From Lytechinus pictus (lineage: Eukaryota): a stretch of 64,000 nt of DNA. A program made the translations under genes and the position numbers. Where the stretch lies: NCBI RefSeq assembly GCF_037042905.1, contig NC_087245.1, forward strand, positions 39,124,001 through 39,188,000, written 5' to 3'. The notes below the pieces were generated by a model, which made no database searches, was not told the origin of the DNA, and worked only from the letters and a program-made list of their open reading frames with translations. How positions within the stretch are numbered: the stretch's first letter is position 1; every line of letters starts with the position of its first letter. This document shows positions 26,808 to 39,060 of this stretch, piece after piece.

Positions 26808-29113
26808 TTTTCCTTTACGTTGTTTTTCTCCTTTCTTTTCTTCTTTTTTTTAAATATATTTTTCTTTTCTCTTTTATATTCTTCCTTTCTTGTCCATTCT
26901 ATTTTTGTTTCTTTTTTAATTAAAAGAAAAAATGTACAGGCCTACCTATTTTTTTTAAAATCAAATTCTTGTGATTTTCACAGTAAATTATAAGACAGAA
27001 AACTGGACTTTTGGTTCGTATAATTAAAATAATATATACATGTATATACCCTTCTTTTTAGAATTGTAGAGCAATATTTTTGCTGTTTTTTTCTCTATAA
27101 ATCTAGATATTATGATGAATATGACATGGATTCTGAATGTTTAGGAGGATAAATATGAAGCGATTCGTATAATATAGGCATAGCTAATTTTCTGTCCTTG
27201 TTTGAACCCCGCGGGGGGGGGGGGGGGGGCACTTACATTGACGAGTGGATACCATGCGCGACCAAAAAAAAAAACACGTAAAAAGGATGTCTTTTTCACG
27301 ATAGGGCACGTTATGTACGAAACGTGATAAGGGTGTCAAAAACACAAAAATAATGAAAAAGGGTATCTATTTCGCTAGGAAAATTACGTGTTTAGGGTCG
27401 AATTCGCGGGGATGATAAAACAAAATTAAAATGTTTTATAAAGGATGTCCTTTTTGCCCCAACACTTCGTATTTAGAGTCACGATTTGCGCGAGGTGTAG
27501 AAGGTGGGGTCGTACTAAACCAAATAAGGTAAAGCCGACGACCGAAGGACCCGTAACAATAAAACATTCCTGTACTTGTTTTCCTTTACGTTGTTTTTCT
27601 CCTTTCTTTTCTTCTTTTTTTTTTATATATTTTTCTTTTCTCTTTTATATTCTTCCTTTCTTGTCCATTCTATTTTTGTTTCTTTTTTAATTAAAAATAA
27701 AATTGTACAGGCCTAACTATTTTTTTTTAATCAAATTCTTGTGATTTTCACAGTAAATTATAAGACAGAAAACTGGACTTTTGGTTCGTATAATTAAAAT
27801 AATATATACATTTATATACCCTTCTTTTTAGAATTGTAGAGCAATATTTTTGCTGTTTTTTCTCTATAAATCTAGAGATTATGTTGAATATGACATGGAT
27901 TCTGAATGTTTAGGAGGATAAATATGAAGCGATTCGTATAATATAGGCATAGCTAATTTTCTGTCCTTGTTTGAACCCCGCGGGGGGGGGGGGGCACTTA
28001 CATTGACGAGTGGATACCATGCACGACCAAAAAAAAAACACGTAAAAAGGATGTCTTTTTCACGATAGGGCACGTTATGTACGTAACGTGATAAGGGTGT
28101 CAAAAACACAAAAATAATGAAAAAAGGGTATCTATTTCGCTAGGAAAATTACGTGTTTAGGGTCGAATTCGCGGGGATGATAAAACAAAATCAAAATGTT
28201 TTATAAAGGATGTCCTTTTTGCCCCAACACTTCGTATTTAGAGTCACGATTTGCGCGAGGTGTAGAAGGTGGGGTCGTACTAAACCAAATAAGGTAAAGC
28301 CGACGACCGAAGGACCCGTAACAATAAAACATTCCTGTACTTGAGTTTCCTTTACGTTGTTTTTCTCCTTTCTTTTCTTCTTTTTTTTTTAAATATATTT
28401 TTCTTTTCTCTTTTATATTCTTCCTTTCTTGTCCATTCTATTTTTGTTTCTTTTTTAATTAAAAAACAAATTGTACAGGCCTACCTATTTTTTTTTAAAT
28501 CAAATTCTTGTGATTTTCACAGTAAATTATAAGACAGAAAACTGGACTTTTGGTTCGTATAATTAGAATAATATATACATGTATATACCCTTCTTTTTAG
28601 AATTGTAGAGCAATATTTTTGCTGTTTTTTCTCTATAAATCTAGAGATTATGATGAATATGACATGGATTCTGAATGTTTAGGAGGATAAATATGAAGCG
28701 ATTCGTATAATATAGGCATAGCTCATTTTCTGTCCTTGTTTGAACCCCGCGGGGGGGGGGGGGGGCACTTCCATTGACGAGTGGATACCATGCGCGACAA
28801 AAAAAAAACACGTAAAAAGGATGTCTTTTTCACGATAGGGCACGTTATGTACGTAACGTGATAAGGGTGTCAAAAACACAAAAATAATGAAAAAAGGGTA
28901 TCTATTTCGCTAGGAAAAATTACGTGTTTAGGGTCGAATTCGCGGGGATGATAAAACAAAATTAAAATGTTTTATAAAGGATGTCCTTTTTGCCCCAACA
29001 CTTCGTATTTAGAGTCACGATTTGCGCGAGGTGTAGAAGGTGGGGTCGTACTAAACCAAATAAGGTAAAGCCGACGACCGAAGGACCCGTAACAATAAAA
29101 CATTCCTGTACTT
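26808..29113. repeat. ~770-bp tandem repeat, 3 copies
   Basis: CATTCCTGTACTTG near 27565, 28330 and 29101. Mirror of 16690-18228, which has only 2 copies. Confidence 0.9.
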
Positions 29114-31200
29114 GTTTAGGGGTTCATTTCAGGGAACATTTGCCAAGAGTATCGTTTTGTTACCAATTCTTGTTAAGGGTAGGGTTTCACGCGCCAATAC
29201 TTGTTAAGGGGCGCATTTTCAGAATATGGAAATTACGTGTTTAGGGTGCTTTTCGAGACCCCATGGTCGCGCATGGTATCCACTCGTGAATGGAAGTGGC
29301 TCGCGCTTCGCGCTCGCATTGCCTTTGTAATGATTCCCATTCAAGAGAATTAAATGACATTTCATATATCCAGTTCTGAAATCAATTTGCACACAATGTT
29401 TTAGCTCGCACCTCAAGCTTTCATTATTTTGTTTGATTTACACAAATTGTTATATAAAAGTTTCCAGCTCGCGCTGCGCACTCGCATTGTTTGATTTGTG
29501 AGATACCCGGCCTATCCTCTTTGGAAATTCTTTCCAAAATTTGTCAAAATACTCCTTTATCATGTCAATATACAAAAAATTAAGCTCGTGCTTCGTGCTC
29601 ACATTTAATTGTTCGAGACACACAGCTTGTTTTTTTAAGGCGGTTTTCCACTAGGGCGCGGACAAGACCAGGAAGGGTTGCGGAAGCTACTTTTGTCATT
29701 TCGGCATGCTGTCCGCAACCAAATTCCGTAAAAGATTATGCAAATGATCTTGTCCTAGGACACGACCAGGACTGTCTGCGTATTGTCGTAGGACATTCCT
29801 GGAACTGTCCTGGGACAAGATTATCTAAATCAATTTGTCGGCGTTCGGCGCGGACAGCATGCAGATCGTATTAGGACAGAACCGGAGACATTTAGGACAA
29901 CGTCACGAGTGGTAAATTTAAGGACGAGGACAATAAAAATAATTTTCGGACAAATTGCGAATACTCCAAGAAAATTATCGTTCATATATATTTTTTTAAT
30001 GAATTTAGGGGTGTTATTTGGGGTTTGGGGTGCGTTTTTTTAAAAAGAAACATTGATTTTCTTATTAAATCCGATTTAGGAGCAGGCGAGAATGAAGTAA
30101 TTCGTCATGAAAGTACGCTATTAAAAAAAAAATCGACTACAAAGACGATGTAGGGTTTTCTTTTATTTCAAATCAAATTGCATACATTGGTGGAAATCCC
30201 TGGGGGACAGGGAGACGCTTCCCCTCACTTTTTGGAATTTGATATCAAATGCCCCCCCCCCCCCACTTTTTGGAACGAGCAAACAAGAAAAAATGGAAAG
30301 AGAGGACAAAGAAGAGAAAAGAGAATAGAAAATGAAGAGGGAAAATAAAAGGAGTAAGACGAGTGAATAAAATAAGATGAGGGGGGGGGGGGATTTCATG
30401 TCACTATTTTAAATTTTCGCTCGCTTTGTGCTCACATTGCCTAATCTATGATATACATAACTTGCTCAATAGGCTTATATTGAGCTTAAAATATCAAGTT
30501 TTGAAGTAAATATATGAAATATTTCTCGGACACTGAGTTTTCAATTTGTTTGATTTACAAATATATTTTATAGTTTTCTGTAAAATGACTATATTTTATG
30601 GTCTAAATATCGACATTTTCCGCTCGCGCTGCGCACTAGCATTATTTAATTCGTCAAGTAACTATTCTCTTCGTGTATTCCATATTTTTTTGAAAAATAT
30701 CCCTTTTTAGGCTTATCTGATTCTGAATAGTATCAGCTAAAGCTGCGCACTTGCATTTTCATTGGGGAGTAATGTATACCTATATCAATTGTAACAAATT
30801 ATTTTAAATTCCTCTTTCTTGACAGTTTATCAAAATTTTCGGCTTGCAATTTGCGCTCGCATTATTTTTAAAGTATTCTTTAAAGTATATTAACCCATGC
30901 ATCCTTTTCATGATTACAAAATATCCAGTTTTTTTACCTTGATATTAATTTCGCGACCTCATTGGGCTTATTAGATTAATAAGTAAGATAATAATATTTT
31001 CATTATTTCCTAATAATCATTGTCCGGTTTTTTTTTCAGAACGGAATATCGACAAGTTTCATCTCTCGACAAAAACAAAAATGTCCTTAAAATTTCCCGG
31101 TCGCAACTGGAAATATATGTATTGATAAAAATATCAACTTGCGCTTTGACTCGCATCATTTATTAAGCAGGATCCATATCCAATTCGTAATTGCGCTTAA

Positions 31201-32135
31201 GGACGTTCCACAGTTATGTTTGTGCGCATTATGATCTGCGCATAGTTTACACTCTGCGCGCTGACGTCACAATGGATGAACAGGTGATTAATTAGCTGCG
31301 GGTATGAGCTAATTTTTCTCATCTTCTGCACTTTAACTGCAGATCCGATGTGTTATTTCATGAAGCTAAGAAATTGAATTATTCCATGGACCATTCAAAA
31401 AAAATTATCTACAATTTCAAAATACTTTACTCTGCAGTGCTGCCAAGAATCACGAATATTACCCCGAGTTTGAATAAATGGTAGAGTGGTTTTGATTTTT
31501 TCTTCACATAGATACAAAGCATTCGGCGCATTTTTGGTGTTTTAAAAAGCACATTTGCCATAATAAAAATGCTGATAGTTTAAAAACAAGCACATGAACC
31601 CCTATTTTTTAATGTTTGTACCTCTTAGGTATACCTTCCTCTACAACTCTGCAAATTTTGGTGAAAATGACATGGATTTTGAATAAAGTGCAGCATTTAT
31701 TGTACGTTTGTCGTTTGTTACTGAAATTTTACATTTTTTAGATTGGGATTTTGTTATCTTTTACGCCATATTTAAGAACTGACAGTGCTGTTAAACTTAA
31801 AATTGCAAACAACTAGCACTATAAATAGATTCTCCATTCTAACGATACAATTATTAACTCTCTTGCGAAATTTGATGACTTTTTCATGTATTTTGACTGA
31901 GTAATAGAGGTTTAAACTCATTGTAGTAATCTTGGGCGGTCTAAAAATGTCAAATTCTTTTGAATGCGCAATTCTTAAGAACATAAATTTGGGTGAAATT
32001 TGAAGCTCTATAGCTAAAAATCAAGCTCATGGACCTATGTTAATTTTTGCATATTTCGAATATTAAGGTTCTAAAGTATCTATGTGCAAAGTTTGGTGAA
32101 AATGACATGGATTTCACTTTAACTGTGGAACGTCC
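31201..32135. mobile_element. 935-bp Kolobok-like non-autonomous element present only in copy 2
   Basis: Perfect 16-bp TIR GGACGTTCCACAGTTA / TAACTGTGGAACGTCC. TTAA TSD at 31197-31200 and 32136-32139. The empty TTAA site is visible in copy 1 at 14627-14630. Confidence 0.9.
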
Positions 32136-33692
32136 TTAAATTAACTTTTTTTTGGGGATCGGAAAATCAAATATCTTTAGCTCGCGGATCGCGCTCTTAT
32201 TATTGATATTATGATAAAGAATGTAATTAGAATGTCCAGATTCTAGGTTTGAATCTAAACACATGCACGCATATTTATTTAGATACGAATCTTGTTCCAG
32301 TTTCAGATCAGATTATCAAATTATTAATGTAGGAATGTTATCCATTTATCCACTTATCCATCCTTTTCATGATTTACAAAACGTGAGATGTCGAATTTCG
32401 TTTCGGCTCGCGCTTCGCGATCACATCAAGTGTATAGTCATACCCCTATCCTGTTCGTGATTTTAAAAGGTGCTTAGAATGCCCTGTATATAGCTGGGAA
32501 TGTAAGAAATATTCAGCTCGCGCTTTGCGCTCACATTATTTGATTGTTGAAATATGTAGGCTAAAAACAATTGTGTTTGTCGGTGTAATAGTATTCACTT
32601 TTTGAAAGCAGATTTTGTGCATTTTATACATGACAATAAATTATCTCGGATCTAAGGTAACTTTAAAAAGACTGCATATGTTAATAGCAAAGTCGAGGCT
32701 CCCTTTATAACATTACTTTCTAATAGTTTTTTCCACAAATTAATACATATATTACAAAAGAGGAAGAAAACGGGAAGTTAGGATGCAAATTGCATTCGAC
32801 AGGCACATGCAGACCAAGGGGCGAGGTGGTCTTGCTTACCCCTTTAAAAAAAGTACAAACAGAAGAAATATAAGTAAAATGGAAAGGGAAACTTAAAAAA
32901 TGATATGGTGGAAAAGAAAAACAAAGGGGGAATGTCGTGCTAATACGGCCCTCCTCTCCCTGCTGCTGGCTTATCCCTCCCAGTATTAAAGAGATATACA
33001 AACAGCACAAAAGAAATAGGAATTACAGGGGCCGCGGAACCGGGGGGGGGGGGGCTGGGGGGCTTCAGCCCCCCCCCCCCCACTTTTGGCTCAGCCCCCC
33101 CCCCCCACTTTGAAAACCGTTCCGCGGCCCCTGGATAAACAAAGGAGATGAATGAAATGAGGTGAAATAGAATCAAGTAGGAAAAAAAATCGCGATAATG
33201 AACAGAAAATAATTGGCCAAGATTGTGAATGTGTAAGATTAGAAATATCAGTTTTAATTTTTGGACGAACTTGTGAATCCAGTGTCTAATCGCCTTTGTC
33301 TCCTCTTGTACCAATTAAAATATAGACTAAAAAAGGAAATGTAAATGGGCAATTCCAGGAGGCCGAATGCGATCTCTACGCCCTATTGGCTGCGTAAAAA
33401 GGAAAAATGGAATAAATGCAAAGAAGAGTGGAAAAGAAGAAAAAGAGTGAAGAAATTTACAGACGGGAAGATATCAGTGTTTCAGCTAGGTCAATTTGTT
33501 AAAATTATTGGTTCATTTCGCTCTTCATGCTTTTAATACTTTAATTAAGAAGATTGTGCACGCTATTCATTTTTACGAAAAATACTTATAGGTCTTTTCG
33601 TCCTTGATGTTTGAAAGAAGTTCGCGCTCATATTTAATGTTTATGAGAAACATGTTCTGTGCACGACTTTTTCAGGAAGGCCTTTTTTTTAA

Positions 33693-34046
33693 GAGTCGTG
33701 GCGTATAGTGGTTCTGACTCCCGCCTTGTAAACGGAGAGTCGTGTGTTCGATTCTCACCGCGGTCTATATACCGTCCTTTGGTAAGACGTATTGCCGGCA
33801 CACCTTGCCACTCTCGACCCAGGTGCTAAATGGGTACCCGGTTGGATGCGAAAGTTATTGTATGCTTGAATTTGCAAGCGCCATTTCGAGGCTGCGATGA
33901 ATGCAAGGAATGCTTCCCAAGATGTGGAAATTGTGCACTTTTCATGCGGGATTGAAATGAATCATGGGACAATAATATGCTGTAAATCGTTTTGAGCCGT
34001 TCTGAGAAAAGCGATATTTATAAACATGCTATCATTTATTATTATT
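33693..34046 (+). mobile_element. tRNA-derived SINE with central GACCCAGGTG..AAATGGGTACC core and L2-like tail
   Basis: A-box TGGCGTATAGTGG and B-box GTTCGATTC. Tail ...GAGCCGTTCTGAGAAAAGCG...(ATT)n. Confidence 0.75.
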
Positions 34047-36307
34047 TCTTATTAATAAAATATCATTCACGATCAAACAAAGTGCTTAAAATGCATTAGG
34101 AATATAAACTTGAATTTCTGTTTTTTCTTATATTCCTTTTTCACATTTTTTTCTCTTTTTTTATTTCATCTTTCTTTCCTCGTCTCATGCCGGTCTCACG
34201 TTCATGCCGGTCATTAACTTCAATAGATTACGTAATCACTATTAAATCTTAATCCCTCCTTTCAAGAATTTGGGGTATTAATCTTACACGGTATCCCTAT
34301 AGTCTCAAAGGCATTCACAGGTGGTTCTTTATCAATGAACTGAAGGAATTCTGAAGTGACATTTTTAAACATAATTAAATCGAATTACATGTGTTGTGCA
34401 AGCACGTCATATTTCAAAATTTCCAATTGTTGAAAATAAGCGTATCTTTAAATGTCATAACTTTCTTATTTTATATTCGATTTTGATAAATTTTCAGTAT
34501 ACTGCATTCGAGCAAGACAGTATCTAATTACCAGTTTATTAATAAGGTGATGTTGTAACTGTAGGTATGTCGTGTATGCATTTTTCGTTACAGCATAATC
34601 GTAGATGATAATAAATATTGGCAATTAAACACATTATTTAACGTAAATTACTAAAGAATTTTTAATGCATACAACAAGACCCCCTCCCCCCAAAAAAGCA
34701 AGGAATGTCCGTTTTTAGGTCTAAATTTATGTACAAAACGTACTTAAAATATGAAGTTTCCGATCGCAATAGGCCCTATAACATATTTTAAATCGCGCTT
34801 CGCACTCGAATCAGTAATATTGTTTAGTAAGATATAACATTCCTGTTCACCATTTCAAAAAACGCTAAGAAAGTCATGTCTTTTCATAAACCGGTCAACT
34901 TATTCAATTTAAATAGGTCTAAATTCATAAAATATTTATTAAAAAAAAAATCATTTTTGATAAAAATTAAGATATAGAACGAATCATATAGGACTAATAC
35001 TTATCCGTATTTATAATCAGAACGAGACATTCACATTACAACCCACCAATTAAAGTTTAATCCAATTTATGCTTAAAACGAGATATTATACAATAGGCGT
35101 CATTGCATGCCGATGTTCTGTTACAATTGCAGTTCTCCATGCTCTCTTGATAGTCTTCTGGATGTATAAGTAGGAAGATAATTTTTGAAAAGAAGTAAAT
35201 TATATGCCAATAATGCAATATATCATTCACAAAACTTTGTATTGCACTCCCTTACTTCATATTCCTATTTTTCTTCATTCTCCTCCTCCGTCTTCTCATT
35301 TTATCCTATTTTCCCCCTTCTGTAATTCCTCTTCTATTTCTCTTCATCAAGTTCACTCTTTCTACAATTTTTGAAAAGAAGTAAATGATATGCCAATGAT
35401 TATAAATAGAACGAGTCATGTGAGATAATTTATAATCAGAACGAGACATTCACATAACAAGACATAGGAATGAAATTAATTTGTTTAAAAAAAGGATTGT
35501 GATATTGGCCCTATGATGTGTCTCGTTGCAATTACCAACAGGAGTGAGTGAAATTAATTGTCGAATTGTAACCAATGTTTTGAAATTGATTGGTCATTTT
35601 AATATAACCAAAACGTATATCGTTCTTATTATCCCCTTACTTAACTATTTTGTTGTTCTCTGTTGCTCGTGTCTTATTACTTATCACTGAGTTGTACATG
35701 ATTGTAATTGTTTTGCGAAATATAAGCGAAAAACTTCCAAATGTCATAACTTTCTTATTTTACATACGTTTTTTGATGAAATTGGCTTGTTTCTTATTTC
35801 TCTATTGATTCAAATCAATAACTTTTTGGGTAGACTTGACCTTTAAGCTGCATATTCGTACATGTTATTATATTAGCCTTCTTTTATGTTGACTGAAAAA
35901 TCTATAATAATCCAAATAGTTTATTTATATTTTGTTTACTGAAATCAACTTAATTAAATAAAATCAATCCTAAAAAGGATTAAGATTAATTGGTCAAATT
36001 GTAATCATATGGGCTTAGGGAATTGATATATGTCTCGTTATAATTATAAAGAGAGCAGCCAATTTTTAACGATTCACTGATGAAAGTAGCCTTTTCTATC
36101 TTTTCTCTCAAGAAAAATACAGATTAAAAGTGACGATGTCAATTATCTGAAAATAAGGTAATTAGGGTCTGTGATGCTTCGTTCTAAAAGTACACTTAGT
36201 ATCATGCACTTCTTCATGTGTTTTCCATGTTCCAGAGTATCAAAAACTCCTTGATGTTCTTATCCAAGTATCTATGTATCTAAGTTTTCATGTAGGCATG
36301 TGCCCGT

Positions 36308-36692
36308 AGCCGCGTATCCAAGTATCCATGTAACCAAAGGTATCTAAGATCCCCGTATCCACGTATCCGCGTATCCACGTATCCAAGTATCCAAGTCTCC
36401 AATAGTATCCAAGTATCCACGTATCCGCGTATCCACGTATCCACGTATCCAAGTATCCAAGTATCCAAGTCTCCAATAGTATCCAAGTATCCACGTATCC
36501 ACGTATCCGCGTATCCACGTATCCAAGTATCCAAGTATCCAACAGTATCCAAGTATCCACGTATCCACGTATCCACGTATCCAAGTATCCAAGTATCCAA
36601 TAGTATCCAAGTATCCACGTATCCGCGTATCCACGTATCCACGTATCCAAGTATCCAAGTATCCAATAGTATCCAAGTATCCACGTATCCAT
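36308..36692 (-). repeat. Outer subterminal GGATAC octamer array of copy 2 (shorter than in copy 1)
   Basis: GTATCCAC/GTATCCAA/GTATCCGC units. The mirror ORFs are 96 codons shorter than in copy 1. Confidence 0.95.
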
Positions 36693-38629
36693 GTATTCAT
36701 ATCCATACATGTTTTAATATAATAGTATCCAAGTATTCTGTATCCATATATAGATATCAACGTATATCATTCCTTAAAAAACATCATCAACATAATTATA
36801 TACCATTGCACGTGTCCTCGATCACGCGCCCCCTCTTTGATCCCTTCATATATATCATCCCTTTTTAAGTCCTCTGATTATTATATCACCTGCCATTACT
36901 CTCTCCTACTACATCCACCACATTGGACAAGTCGTGTACTCGATCCCTCTACGGGGCCATCCCCCCTCCCCCATCTGCCCCCTCCCCCCATCCTTTATCC
37001 ATCTCCCGATCCGATTCCTGCTTGTCGCGCGCCGGGGACTCTTAATTCACTCACGAACGTAGAGGGCGACAAAACTGATATCGCACCACACCGGCAGCAG
37101 CAATTAGTAGGTACCGGTAATTGCTCTTTTGTAATCGATTCATGACATTGGATTCTAAAGGTACTCCATATGATCAACTTTCCTAAAATGTAATAAAAAT
37201 TAGGCCTAGGCCTACTTAAGTTACAGAAATTCCAGATAACTCCTGAAAAAATAGATTGTGTTTGTGTGCCAAAAAGGATACACAGAAGAAATGGTCCCTC
37301 ACTGTACACTCATTAGACATTAATAATGTATACCGGTACTACCTAGGCTAGTGGCCCAAAATGGCCTTTAATTGCCCTGGGACTGTGACTGTGTTGTGCC
37401 TCCCGGACCCGGAGGAGCCGTGGAAATGTGTCACATCGACAACTTGGCTGCCAGAAGCTCCTTGGCTAAACGAACCACTCAAAATATGCAAGAACACTTG
37501 GAACAAATTAACGCAGGACTATTTGTGCACATGCACAATCTATAGCGCCGATGGGAGTAGGCCTAGAGTTATAACACGATTAATATAAAAAATAAATCGT
37601 GTGTATTCTACAGTAAAATGGGTGAGCAAACGTACTATAATAGTATTGGGCAACAATTTGTTAAGTCTGAGAATAAGTGGGGCGGCCCTGGCCAAGGTTT
37701 CTTTACCCGCCAAGAAAATCATTCCTCTCGATTTAATGACAGGGTGGTTTTAATACCAGATGATCAACTGACATTAGTTACAAATAACGGTATTTATGAA
37801 ATAAAAAGAAACCCCATTATTAGGTGCGCAGACGAGGCCCCCGCACCCCCCCCCCCCCTTCGTACAGTTTGACAGGGCTAGTCCATATCGGGGGCGAGAT
37901 CCCATGCTAAAAGGGTTGTGATTAATTTCAAATTCCAACGAGGGCAACTTTGATAAACCAGCCAGGTGCATCCATTTGGAGCATAGTTTGTTTAGGCCTA
38001 ACATGGTTTCACCATGAAGCTATTAATAGCTTCTATCCATGTTGCCGATCATGGGTTAGACTACCGGTATATACAGTAGTCAAACAAATTCGCATATAAA
38101 AACGAGAAGGAAGGACTTTTGGGGGGACAATCTTTGTATGTTGCCACATTGCGTCGCTGTGTTGCATGTTGCATAAAATAGTGTTTTATTCTCGTGTGAA
38201 TATTATAGATCTAGGCCTACCAGCTACTTTTTAGGGGCCATCTTTTTTCCAACATTGTATATAGGGCCTAGATTATGTGAAAACGGACCCTTTTAAATGG
38301 CATCTTTCAATATGGAATTAAAAACAAACAAAATAAACAAATTAAACAAATAAGTCTATACAATACTCAAGTCAGAGTCCATATCAAATTTATTCAGCTG
38401 CATTCGCAATGCATTGTTAAATGAATAAAACAATTCTAGAATTAATATATACATGTATACAGCCACAGGTTTTACATAATTATGTACATATTTGCAATCT
38501 ATTTCAGCTCTCAACTTGGTATATATGTATTACTCAGACTCAGTAGGGTAGGAATTATTTGAAACAAGAAAATTACGGCAGAAATGAAATCAGAAATGTA
38601 TCTTTAGTCTAATATCCTGGTTTTTAATC

Positions 38630-39060
38630 TGGGGCACGCAGGAAACCGTTACCAAGTGGCAGCACCAGGATTTTTTACAATTTTTTTTTTTTTTGGGGGG
38701 GGGGGGGGCAAATGGAGGGCAATATAAAGAAAATGTTAAGGGCATTTATAAGGGCACATTACTCAACTTTTCTTTTCTTCTACCTTCAAATTTTAATTTT
38801 TGAAGGGGGGGGCAATTGTTCCAGCAAATACTACCCCCTTCCAGGCCCCCACTGTTGGGGGCACGCACGAAACAGTTACCAAGTGGCAGCACCAGGATTT
38901 TTTACATTTTCTTTTGGGGGGGCAAATGGAGGGTAATCTAAAGAAAATGTGGAGGAGGGCTGTTATAAGGGCACATTTTTTTTTTTTTTTTTTTGGGGGG
39001 GGGGGGCAATTGTTCCAACAAATACCACCCTATACCACCCCCTTCCAGGCCCCCACTGTC
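38630..39060. repeat. Imperfect tandem duplication (~230 bp x2)
   Basis: GTTACCAAGTGGCAGCACCAGGATTTTTTACA and CCTTCCAGGCCCCCACTGT each occur twice. Confidence 0.8.

Larger units (their letters stand above)
26047..37167 (-). mobile_element. ~11.1-kb non-autonomous TIR transposon, copy 2 (complete, inverted relative to copy 1)
   Basis: TIRs at 26047-26087 (GGCTTACCTTTAGAATCC...) and 37127-37167 (...GGATTCTAAAGGTACTCC) are 39/41 identical. Flanks ATCTGATC (26039-26046) and ATATGATC (37168-37175) form a 7/8 candidate TSD. Confidence 0.85.

Noticed and set aside
33693..33766. Functional tRNA genes (also 1961-2030, 13005-13078, 58390-58460)
   Set aside because: Acceptor stems pair poorly and the heads run into SINE bodies.
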